The translations under genes and the position numbers were made by a program. DNA of 42,525 nt from positions 1 to 42,525 of the forward strand of contig NMRA01000145.1 of the NCBI GenBank assembly GCA_002633005.1, written 5' to 3'. The notes beneath the pieces are model-generated. The model was not told where the DNA came from. It did no database searches and saw only the letters and a program-made list of their open reading frames with translations. Shown piece after piece: positions 1-12,500 of the stretch (positions are counted from its first letter, which is position 1; every line of letters begins with the position of its first letter). Source of the stretch: Phoronis australis. Its lineage: Eukaryota; Animalia; Phoronida.

Positions 1-78
1 CCGGAAGCCGAAAAACTAGCGCATGCGCAGACCACCTGGATGCATTATTGGACAGGATGCATTATTGGACACGACAGG
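1..78. promoter_or_regulatory. Promoter-like motifs (ETS CCGGAAG 1-7, NRF1-like GCGCATGCGC near 20-29) followed by a 17-bp tandem repeat
   Basis: GGATGCATTATTGGACA x2 at 38-71; could alternatively be a DNA-transposon end with subterminal repeats. Confidence 0.35.
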
Positions 79-694
79 AGACATTTCCCATACGGAACCA
101 AGCCTCGAATGGCTAAATCATAGACAAGAGTTATGATTCATTTGTTATTGGCCGCTCTTTACCCTTTTGATCATTTTCTTACACGAAACACTGTGGTTAC
201 CATCAGTTTTTATTTCTAATCATGAAATTATGACTTTTCTAGGGTCGAGATTAACGAAATCATGTGACAATGTTTCATAATGTGAAAACTCTGACGTCCG
301 TCGTCCGTAATCGAAGATAAAGAGGTTAAATAATAGATCGCCTAACCCGTCTCGTGACCGACCATGAAGCAATGAACATGTAATAATGTAATATTCAAGG
401 AAAGGAAAGGAACCTACAACTATTTAAGAAAAGAAGCGAGCGAAGTAAGAACTTTTTTATTTGCATTGACTGTATGAGCTCGGCGTTCCACTGCCACTGG
501 CTATACCAGTCTTGCTTGTCCTGGCTTTAGGCAATAACCGTCTCGGGTTGAGTTACAAGCGGTGAAGCTCCTATATAGGTGCTAAATCATGAGCGGGACA
601 CTGACCATAGTGGACTGGGGACCATAGCCTTGGTACAAAGCTGTATACTGTCTAAATTTTGACTATATAGTATAGTCTTTGTACAGCTAGCTGG

Positions 695-1952
695 CTTCCC
701 AGTATCAGTGGGGGCAGTAGCCCTCCTCCCTCAGTTATTTCAGTGCATGGCACTGGGCGGCGCACCGTAGCCAGGGGTAGGCAACACATTGCCCCTCGGT
801 TGGCCGGTTAGGGGCTACACTACTTCCCATGGCTGCAATACTTCCCATCGCTTCCTGTACGAATTTCGTTCCGTGTATTTTAAACTTAGCCAGGTGGTAG
901 GCCAAATCCGGTCACTGATTGAGTTTTCACTTCGTCAAAAATACATTCCAAACTTAAAACTGTGACTTAAAAAGCACTTAGTTTCTTTGAACAGTGTTCC
1001 TTTCTACTTCTCAGAACTACACATATCTTCTATGAAGTATAGCTATGTCGATTAAGGTAACTTTGGTGAATAATATTCCAACTCCACTTTTTGGTCATTG
1101 TTTAGCTTTATCACCACACGCGCGATAAAAACCACAAAAGTATTTCAACTGAGTCACGTGAGTTACTAGTAGGCAAAGGCTGGCGCGAGATTGAGCGAAG
1201 CGCGTGACGCAAAATATCATGGGAAAGTATCAGGTGAAATTTGTAAGATTTCTGTCTCTTGTACTTTTTAGTCGATCGTCAACATGCGTGATTTCACTTA
1301 ACTGCCTCAAAATGGCACCCGGTAAGAGAAACTTGAGCAAACCGTTACAGATTTTCATCGATTTGTTCAAATTATCTGAATCGTCTCCAGACTTATGGTA
1401 TGTGTTAAAATTTATATTGTATGCATGTTTCATTTGATTTGATTTCCTATATTTTGAAATTTGTAGGTTATTGAACATATCCACGAAAATCTGTCAGGGT
1501 TTACTCAACCTTCCCTTACTGGGTGCCACTTTGTGGAAGTTATGTGAAATCATGCGCGTTGTCTAACAAAAGTCCAAGGAACACAAATCTTACAAATTCC
1601 AATGGATAACTCCCAATCCCATGCTACTTTTTGTAAGTGTTACCACCAGGTCATGCGCTTCGCTCAGTTTCGCGCTTGTTTTAGCTAAACTCGTGTGACA
1701 TCCTGAGAGGATATATAGTTGAAGAAACTACTTTAAGCACCTATTTACTAAACAGTGTAAAGTGTATTTTTGATGAGGTACTAACCACTTATTCTGTAGC
1801 TGTGTCTCAGTAACTCTCATTTAAAAATGGGATGAGATAAATATGGAAACTGATGGGGAGTACTGTAACCCATGTATATCCAGCCGTGGGGCTACGTGTT
1901 GTCTATGCTGGGGCAAACTGAGATGGTGGTACTGTCTACATTCCCTAGGAAG
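695..1952. mobile_element. Outer decayed inverted-repeat element enclosing the 1136-1736 MITE
   Basis: Reverse complement of ~770-826 (agtagtgtagcccc...ccaaccgaggggcaatgtgttgccta) aligns to ~1858-1912 (agtactgtaaccc...ccagccgtggggctacgtgttgtcta). Confidence 0.5.
1136..1736. mobile_element. Decayed foldback/MITE with ~165-190 bp imperfect inverted repeats
   Basis: gcgcgagattgagcgaagcgcgtgac...aatttgtaagattt...tgatttcacttaact is the reverse complement of agttatgtgaaatca...aaatcttacaaatt...gtcatgcgcttcgctcagtttcgcgc. Confidence 0.7.
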
Positions 1953-2359
1953 ACCATCATGAGCAGAGGAAGTTGAAGTTAAAAAGGTTTTTAAAAATTC
2001 AAATTCTCTGCGTATGTCTGTTAAACGCCTTTAAAGGCAATTTCCCTTGTCTAGCAAATGTACTAGTGAGAGAAAAGACAAAATTTAATACATGCTTTGA
2101 AAGGTAGTAGTAAGACTGAACAATTGATGTACTGATTGTTTTTCTAGGTCAAAATAATTGTTCGCTATTAACCAAAACGTTGTCTGTCACAAATGGAATT
2201 GCCCTAAGATAATCAGAGAATGGTTTAATGAAATAAACTGAAAAGTTGGATTGGATAGATATGTCGTTATTTACTTACGCGCTAATTTTAAAGTACGTGC
2301 TTCTGTTCTGGCTTAAATCAAATGTGATTAAGATAATCATTCTTCTTATTTTCAGAAAT

Positions 2360-2678
2360 ATGAGGCTCGTTCTAACTCAGTTCTGGCTTTTGCTCTGGAA
2401 AAACTATGTGCTTCAGAAGAGAAAGATATTTGTTACTGTTCTGGAGATTGGTCTTCCAACTCTGTTTGCCTTAATTTTAATATTTATCCGAGAACGTGTC
2501 GAAACCAACGATGTCAAAACACCTACTGAGTGGCCATCATTTGCAGTCGATGATTGGCCTTCAAAACTGTTAAAATCATTTGATGGTGGAAAACCGAAGA
2601 TAGCATATGCTCCAACCAATGAGCTCACGAAATCTGTAATGCGCAACCTTGAAGGTATTCTGAAGACGACTACTAAAG
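2360..2678 (+). other. Second near-identical copy of ABCA3-like coding exon 1 (probable alternate haplotype)
   Basis: 2041-2938 repeats at 2940-3835 across a single N at 2939; about a dozen substitutions and one 2-nt indel. Confidence 0.85.
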
Positions 2679-3258
2679 GTAAGAATTCTAAATTTTGTAT
2701 GGTTATACATCGTAGTTAGCTTAAATGTCAACACATTGGAGTGACACAAACCTAGATGTGACATTAAATAGACAGTCAGTCTTGAAGACCATTGGATTAT
2801 TAGCGTATAGTTACAGCCAGTATACGTCTGTTTTGCTTGTGCCAACACGTTGAATTGACATAAACATTGTGTGACATTAAATTAACAGTCAGTCATTAAG
2901 ATCATTGGATTATAAGCCTACAGTTACAGCCAGTATACNTTTCCCTTGTCTAGCAAATGTACTAGTGAGAGAAAAGACAAAATTTAATACATGCTTTGAA
3001 AGGTAGTAGTAAGACCGAACATTTGATGTACTGATTGTTTTTCTAGGTCAAAATAATTGTTCGCTATTAACCAAAACGTTGTCTGTCACAAATGGAATTG
3101 CCCTAAGATAATCAGAGAATGGTTTAATGAAATAAACCGAAAAGTTGGATTGGATAGATATGTCGTTATTTACTTACGCGCTAATTTTAAAGTTCGTGCT
3201 TCTGTTCTGGCTTAAATCAAATGTGATTAAGATAATCATTCTTCTTGTTTTCAGAAAT

Positions 3259-3577
3259 ATGAGGCTCGTTCTAACTCAGTTCTGGCTTTTGCTCTGGAAA
3301 AACTATGTGCTTCAGAAGAGAAAGATATTTGTTACTGTTCTGGAAATTGGTCTTCCAACTCTGTTTGCCTTAATTTTAATATTTATCCGAGAACGTGTCG
3401 AAACCAACGATGTCAAAACACCTACTGAGTGGCCATCATTTGCAGTCGATGATTGGCCTTCAAACCTGTTAAAATCATTTGATGGTGGAAACCCGAAGAT
3501 AGCATATGCTCCAACCAATGAGCTCACGAAATCTGTAATGCGCAACCTTGAAGGTATTCTGAAGACGACTACTAAAG
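3259..3577 (+). CDS. ABCA3: ABCA3-like coding exon 1 ([15 protein letters not shown]...LKTTTK)
   Basis: tttcag acceptor ends 3254, implying an upstream non-coding exon; ATG 3259; donor AG|gtaaga, phase 1. Confidence 0.9.
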
Positions 3578-6500
3578 GTAAGAATTCTAAATTTTGTATG
3601 GTTATACATCGTAGTTAGCTTATGTCAACACATTGGAGTGACACAAACCTAGATGTGACATTAAATAGACAGTCAGTCTTGAAGACCATTGGATTATTAG
3701 CGTATAGTTACAGCCAGTGTACTTCTGTTTTGCTCGTGCCAATATGTTGAATTGACAAAAACATTGTGTGACATTAAATTAACAGTCAGTCATTAAGATC
3801 ATTGGATTATAAGCCTACAGTTACAGCCAGTATACATCATTAGCAGCAAGTTCCACAGTTTTGTGTGCCTACCTTGTTTGTGGAATACGTAAAGTCGAAC
3901 TGCTGGAAAGCTTGTAGCCGTATGGTTGCAGTATATTTCATTAATGATGGGTGGATGGGTGGCCAAACACCTGTAGTTAAGAATCGCACTCAGGTGGACT
4001 GTCAAATTTATGAAAATCACGTCGTTGATAGATTTGTTTACAAGATATGTACTTTGCTGTATTAGTCTACTTATGTTTATGTTGCTACATTGCAACAGTG
4101 TGTATCTGTCATCCTCTATCCCGTGCTGTACTCACCTAAATCCTTGATGGATGGAATTTTTGCAGGCATGCTCCCGTCATGGATGGGATGTCATGGAGCC
4201 CCCCCCCCAAGTGACACTTGTTTTTTGCATGATGTCTCAATATCTACCAAGGTCCTTGATAGATGTTGAATGAAATTTGACAAAGATTTTTTTTTTAATT
4301 GTGGCTGATGTCACGTTGCACTGTACTGTATCATCTCACTAGTACCATCACAATGGTCCATTATGTGGAGAAACCGAGCATGTTGGCCTAATTTCTAATG
4401 CACACATGTATGTAGTGCACTAAGTACCGTGATGGAAGCAACTTCATTCATAACTGTGTCATGCTGAACCTGACAATTAAACTTTTTGATGACACAGTGA
4501 CAACTGAAAGTTTTATCTTTTGATAACTCAAAGGTTCGTGTTTTTTGCAATACCTCCTAGCGGGCTTTGGCTAACTCCAGTATTACATCAATGGCTGTGA
4601 ACAAATTGGTCATGGCAAAATCTTTAGTGGAAACGAAATTGGAAACCAGTTTACAAAATACATGCATGGGATCAATGTTTGCCCGAAGACAGGAAGATGT
4701 CCTCGTGAACATTTCAATATAATTGTTCATTTTGTGAGTGCACCACATGACCCTTAACAGCTGAAGGGACACTATATCATTTTTGCAACTGAAAAATGCA
4801 AAGTTTGAAATCGACAGACTTCGTGAAGTTATTAGGTTTGATCAGGAACCTGTTAGTCAAACACACTTTTGGCTTTTGTCTTTTGACTTTCAGCTAAAAA
4901 TCGGGCTTCAAAAATGATACTGAAAAGCTGAAAATTTGGAAATCTGTCTATAACTTGATGTTGAAAGATAGAACTCTGTATCCTGCTCGAAAAGAATGTA
5001 TGAAAACCATTTCAAGAAATTCAAAAGACACAAATCAGCTTTTGAGTATGCGCTGTCATATTTTGACTTTTGGTTAAAGTCATTAGTCAAAAGTGAAGAC
5101 TCCTCAAAGAACAGGGCCCAGAGCTACAGAATGACAAAATCCATTTTGCTTTAGTGATTTTATTACAAATCTCTCGTTTCTGCCATTTTTTGCTAGACAT
5201 TTGTTGATATTGAAGATGCTATGTCTCTTTAAAACCGTGAATATTCAAATTTGTAGCAAGTGCCCCCTAGTGACTTCCTGAAGAACTGTGTGTCTAAGTA
5301 TACTCAGGAAAACAAACAATTTGTAAATAAATTGCGGTTTTAACTGATACACTTAAAAACAAGTTCGAACGTATTAAAAAATTCTCAGAAATTCCAAATA
5401 TTATGCAATTGATATTTGATAGTGAAATAAATAAACTGTGCCTCGTTTCCTTAGGATAACAACAATGTTGTGGGGGTTTCCCAAAGATTCCAGTGTCGTC
5501 TTAAGAAATGTGGCTGAGAAGTGTTTCCACTACCGGAGATGCAAAATGATATTATGTTGAATATTACCCAAGGTGATGGCAAAACAAAATTACAGAATAA
5601 AATGCTTTCGTTGTGATCACCGTGAGAAGTGTCAGCCAAGTAGCCAGACCTGGCATTCAGCTTCTGCACACAATTGAGATCTTATGCCGTGACGGCAAAA
5701 CACGATTCAAGCTGGTGTGTCTAGTCTCTAAACAGCTAGTTATGACGATTGACGACTGTTTCTTTTCCACTTCAGCTGTTACGGTGATGCCTCTAGATAG
5801 CGAATTGCAATGTCCACTTTGTTTTTGAGTCCTGATTTGATTAGCTCGACTTCTGTTTCTTATCAAGGCTGCTTGGTAAAGTACACTTTTCACCGCCAGG
5901 GACTATCTATTAATGTGAGGTGAAATTGAAAAAGGTTAAACAAATGGTCAAAGGAGAATTGTTTTCTGTGTCCTATGAGCTTTATCTTCTTCGTACAGGG
6001 TGCTCATCGGGTCAAGAACTTGAGAACTTCCTGTTATTCTCAAACTCCTCTCTGAACAACACAAGCGACTATATTGGCGGAGTTGTCTTTAACACCATTC
6101 AGAATGACACCAAAGTTATGCCGCAGCGTATCTGGTATACCTTGAGGTGTGTATGCTCATTATATAATTTATAGTGCTGGACACAAGCAAAGATGTCCGC
6201 TTGGAAATACGAATGACTGCATAGTTGCTCTCGTATTCCCAAATTTGGAAAATTGGAAAACGAAAAAACACCGGATGTGCAGTGCCTGTACGAGTGAAGC
6301 CAATATTCTACTCGTAGTTTGCCTTTTCCACTAGTATTTTCAAGTGTTTACTGGCTAATGTCGAACCCTGTTTTAAGGGAACACATGTGCTTTGTTATAC
6401 TGCTGTATGAGGGTCATTTTTAAGCACCCACATCATTAATAATGTAGTCGCTGTTGTGGGCCTTTCTCTAATGATGTTTGCAATAAATGTAGAGGCAATA

Positions 6501-9500
6501 TTGATGATAAATTACACAATAGATAATCTATTGATAAACGTTAAATAATTAGTATTTACAATACAGGGAGGACAAAAGTATGATATGTAACAAACTTGTA
6601 GTTCACTTCTTTTTTTCTATATTCTCTGATAGTAAACTGCCCATGGCTAGTATTCTTATTGCTGCAAATATGACTGTTCAACAAACAAATATTGGGTTGA
6701 ACAGTTTTCCATTTTAACCACTAGGTGTCACTCAGATTAAAGTTATCTTTAATCCGCAGATAATCAAAGTGCTCCACCTCTAGATGTTTAGGTGCAACAT
6801 TAGGGTTACAATGCCAAAAATGGAGCAGTCAAGTGAAACTCTTCGTTACATTTTGTTATTAAGAGAGTTTTGTCAATTTTTATAGCTCTATTTGACAAGA
6901 GAATTCGCTGTATTTGACACCAGTGATAGTCCGTAACATTACTGTATATTAACAACTAACTCTCAGCTTTTGAAACTAAGGAGAGTTAGTGAATGGTGTG
7001 CTGTACATTTGCTGTTTTGGTTAAAACTGGTAGCTTTTGCATTATTTAAAAAGTATACCAAACTCTATTTTGATGATTTCAACCAATCACCTGCTAATGC
7101 ATTATTTGCATTAAAGATGGAAATCAACTAAAAGCTAATACTCCGCTATGTCATAGATCGGATTTTATGATCTTTTCCCACAATTGCCGTGTAATTCGCT
7201 AAAAGTAAAAGTACACGCTTGACCATTTAGCAGACTTTGAAAGGAGTTTCAAATTTTTCTTCAAACTTTTGAGGGTTGTCAAAGGTTACAAAGCATTATT
7301 TTGTTTCAGAGAACTTGATTGGAAAGTCATTTTTAGCAATGTCTGTTAATAGGCCAAAACTGGGTTTGGTATCCTTTTAATGTGAACAATCTGATTCTTG
7401 CTTTGTTGCACTAGTGCTGAATCGACTCCAACAAGCAATATTTTAAACTCCACGCATCAACCTGACGCATGGTAACAAGACTTGTCACTGGTGAATTCAA
7501 ACTCATTATAAGCATGGCAACCATGCTCGAAGTATTTATAGTGACCCCCCCCCTTGAAAAGTTAGGGGGTTGCCAACTAGCTGAAATATGCACATTGCTA
7601 TTGTAATCAGGATTGGCTGTTGTTACCATCATGGTAATCAGGTATTTTCACAATCAAGATCACCAATTTTAGGCTTGGAGGCAGTGAACCATGATCAAAT
7701 AATTTTACTGACCATCCTACAAAATTAGGGCAGTTGCCAAGCTTGAACGTGCACCGTTGTCATGGTAACCCGGTATTTTTGTATTGCAGCATTATAATAA
7801 GCTGCGCACATCACATAGCAACAAACTTTGAAGAATATCAACTGCCCATAACAAACAGTCTGGTTGTTGTATCAAAGATATACCATAACCAACAGGACAC
7901 ATTTGTTGAGACAACTCTTCCTGTATCCAAACTTGGAAATAGTCTTATTGAAACAACATAAAAGCTGCGCACACCTAATGTAGATTTGCATTCATTAATA
8001 ACTACAACTAAACTTCTATGTCAAAACCAGGTGCTATGGCGATTACAGTAACTGCAAATAATCCTGGCTGGTAATTGCTTCTTCACCAACATGAATTCTG
8101 CATCAAAGGCATACAACAGAATGAAATGAATGAAGCAAATACTGGTACCTGTAGTATAATTTTACAAATTGAATTACCTGGATTACAACGGGTATGCACA
8201 TTTATTACAAGTATTCATGGCAAGTCCTGTGGCGTTACTTTTGCGTGTTCACAGTGTATATGTGGACTGAAGCACATAACTTTTTTCGATTAGTTTTTTA
8301 AGCAAAACTTGTATGTATTCTTTCCAAGATATTTTGTATTCTATTATAAAAAGTTCACAATTTTGTGTTTCAGTTGCAAACAAATTTTCTGCAACAAAAT
8401 TTCATTGCTCTTGTTTTCTTGCATATACAGATTAGCTAGTAGTTATAACTGTCATTTGTCAACTTTTTTCAAAATAGTAGAAACAATTCTATAGCGCAGA
8501 TTCAAACTATCAGGTAATTTGGCATAAAAAGCTTTTTCTATCTTCTCAAAATACTCATATTGCCTATAGCTATTCCCAAACACCTGTTGTATTGTTTATG
8601 AATTTGATTAGATTGTACTTAATATATAAATTCATATGAATTAATACTAAACATTATACTGTTGTCTTTCAAGTTTAGTAATTTGTTTTTTCGGATTTAG
8701 TAATTGTGCTGTCATTGAGAATAATTTCACTTTCAGATAAAGAGATGATTAAATGTGGCGCTAATGTACATAAAATACCTGGTTCACAATTTCCTACTAT
8801 TCTAGATTGAAATGGATAATTTTGTAAAAACAGCAAGCCTGATGTATAATTCTGCTGATTTGACTTTGAATGTCTGCCATACACAACATGATCATTTCAG
8901 TCTGTATTGACAGTATTTTTGTATTTTAGTTACAGTATCATTTTTGTTTTTTGTTTTTCAGGCTTGCTTTCTATGGCAGAAATGGGCCCAGAAGTGGATT
9001 TCAATCAAAGTCGCAGTGGCGTACGGATGACATTTACCCTCTTTTCCAAACTACTACCCCACGAGAGAAAAATGATACTTATGGTGGATCTCCAGGTTAG
9101 AAATAGCATTTAAAGTTTCTTGGAGAAACATGTAGATTATACTCTAGTTTCTCATCAAATCATAAAAGTGATCCTGCAAATCACTGTATCGCTTTATCAT
9201 GTGAACAACCCATTGTTTTACACAAATGGCAAAAATAATGGACTTTTAACTTCATTTGCAGGTTATTATCGCGAAGGTTTTCTCACCATACAGCGAAACT
9301 TGGACAAGGCCATTATCCTACATCTGAACAAATCTGCCGAGATTTCTAACATCAGCTTGAAGTTGAAACGTATGCTATATCCACCCTATTACAGTGATCC
9401 AATTGTGCTGATCATTCAGCTTCAACTTCCACTCATTATCATGCTCAGCTTTGTCTTCAGCGCTCTGCAGATTGTCAAGGATGTTGTCCATGAGAAAGAA

Positions 9501-12500
9501 AGAAGGTTAAAGGTCAGTGTTGTCCTGTGTCACGTGCTGGTTTCTTGTTCTTTTTAAATTGTTCATTTCATCATAGACTTGAAAGAAAACACTTGCCTGA
9601 CTGAAAATTGAAAAAATGCATGCAGTCAGAGGTATGATGAAGATAACAAATTATGAATACGACCACAGTTACAGATATCACAGGGAGAAAATTAGCATTG
9701 ATGCACACTTATTTTCACCAAATTACAAAAATTGATTTATATATTTATAAATATATTATAGACATTATGTACATTCACATGCGCATTCACGTAGATGTAT
9801 GTCACATATATTTTTGCTGTATACATTATGAAATAGTGTCAATATCGTGTGGTTGTCATCTGCCATATGTGTGTGTAAATTCCTAATACAATGTGAACTG
9901 AAAGGCGCTAATCACTGTAAGGGAAGATTTTTACACCGGTCATCGTCAGTTGCTACAGTATGGGATGGCATTATGTTTTTATCACGAAAGATAACTTTAT
10001 GGTGAGACAGAAACAGATTATGTAAGCCTACCTTGTAAATGATGGTGACTTATGGCTGAGGAACTGTCATCTTTTTAGGGTAGGGCAATGAAGCTGGACA
10101 TCCAAATTTGTGGTGATATTTAAGCGAGGCCAAGATGGAAAAATGTGACCCATGTTCGTACCAAGGGCTTGATTTGTGTCCCTTTTGAAACGGGCCTTAA
10201 AACATGACCCATATTTATACTCCATCTGAAAACAAGTCTACGCAAATTATAACCTCTCCTTTTTTTGCGAATCTTTAAAATCACACTATTCCTATCATGG
10301 AGAGTATTATCAGAGGGGAACTCATATGAAACAGAAGAAACAGAAATAATGAACTCCCTTGCCATTTATATACGCATGCATGTAGTACGATCTCAGGCAC
10401 ACCAAATTTATGTAAAAATGTTGAAAAGTTACTGAAAAGAATACCAGAAAATTTAAAAATGCCCCCCCCCCACCATTCCAGTAGCCTGTCACAGTTTTCT
10501 CCATTACACTTATTGCCCTACTTCTTAGGAGACTTGCCGAGTGACTTGCATAGTTCAGTTATTATAGCTTATTTTTGCGACAATGGCACAATTTTACTAC
10601 AGATAAAGGAACTTTAGGTGTTATCATATGATCACAAAAAATTGTGCATTTCATCATTTTTATGTGCCCACATATTTATATGTGGACACATTATGCCGTC
10701 ATCTCCGTCCGTCCGTCCTGGTAGCGTCCGGCATCTGCTGCTCTATCTCCAAAACTGGTTGACATATGTTCGTGAAATTTTGCACCTGTTCATTTCGTGG
10801 ATGGTATGGCAAGAGCGAAGTTTTGCACGGATCCGACTACCAGTGTGTCCCCTAGTGGCAATTTTAGTTTTTTACGTTTACTTCTGTATCTTCAAGGGTC
10901 CTCAACGTATTTTCATATAATTTGGTGTACAGGTTGCTGTTAGTGACGCTATCTTTCCGTTTTCTGATGGGTTCGACCTAGTTCCACCTAGTGGCCATAT
11001 TTACTGTTTTTGCTCTTGTTAGTGATGCCAGTCCCCAAATTTCCCTTAAAGGTTGCGCATTTCCAAGTTCAATGAGGGCACTAGGTAACATGTCTTTCCC
11101 TGTCTAAGTAGAACTCTGCACTTGAGATGAACTTTTCTGTGACTGTACAGAGTTAATAGTATGATTCATTGTTTAATCCATGTCCACCTGTAGACTGGGT
11201 GACATGTTCCAGCAGTAGTCTAGTGCGATGTATTGCCTGTCCTTCGTTAGACTTCTTAAAAGTCAAGACTGAGAAGCATTTCAATTCATGGTTTTGAACC
11301 TTCGTATCAATGTGACTACAGTTTTTACCCAATGCAGCTAAAAACACTTAAATTTCCTTACTTAATGCCCTAAATATAAGTCACAACATTGTTTTGGGTG
11401 TTTTTTAAATGCAGGTGGACCAAAAATAGTTCAGCTTTGACATCACAATTGTCTTTTGCTCAAGACCGCCAAGTAGGCCTCAAAATGTAATGCTTACGTA
11501 TTACAATTGTCCTTCCACAGGAATCTCTCAAGATGATGGGTGTGAGTGGTTGGTTACAGTGGAGCGCATGGTTCACCAAATACTTTGTTTTTCTGCTCAT
11601 CTCTGTCTTCCTCATGGTGCTATTCCTCTGCATTCACATTCCACCTAAAGGCAGCGTCATTGGGAACTCCGACCCGACACTGGTCTTTGTATTTCTGATG
11701 CTTTACGCTGTGGCTACTATAGCTTTCTGCTTCGCTGTTAGTGTCTTCTTTGCTAAAGGTAAGTCGGACTTTAACAAAACATGATATGTATCTCTTGAAG
11801 CTATCTATAAATATCAGTTATAATTGTTTACCTATTAGGCACACAAAATGGCGAGTAAATAAAATTTAATTGTGTCAGAATTTTCCACGTAAAAAACAAA
11901 TGATTAAAGAAAATATTAGTCTGTTGCTTGTTTTGTACTGTGTAGATGCCACAAAACAAGAGCTTCGATTATTTGCTGCAAGTTATTCAGCCTTTGAGAA
12001 ATGGAAAGATGTCAATTTTGACAATTATTTTTGTGCACAAGAAGTTGAAATTTAACATACTTATGTCTGGAGTTGAGTAGAAGTGGTGCATATTTGGAAT
12101 TGCTACCATTTGCCCATTTGTGACTTATCTCATGTACTTAATCAAATGGCTCTGATTTTAGCAGTTTTGTACCTTGCAGGGACTACCTATAACCACCCAT
12201 GTTGTAATTTCCTGTTTATATGAAATGTTTTCTGTTTCCCTTCATTCCTCTCCCCACACCTCCCCCCCCCCTCCCTCTGTCTCTCACTCNACTCCCTCAC
12301 TTCCTCCCTAAACCCTACCTAAACCTCCCTCCTGCCCTTCCTCCCTCTCACTAATGTAATGGTTTTATTTACTCTCACTTTTCAGCCAATGCTGCTGCAG
12401 CTGCAGGTGGTATTCTCTTCTTCATCACGTACATCCCCTACTTCTTCCTCCAGCCTCGCTACTCTACACTGAGTTTTGTCGGCAAGATTTTACCCTGCCT

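Noticed and set aside
625-689. ~65-nt hairpin gtacaaag...ctttgtac as pre-miRNA
   Set aside because: AT-rich, embedded in repeat debris, no recognisable mature miRNA
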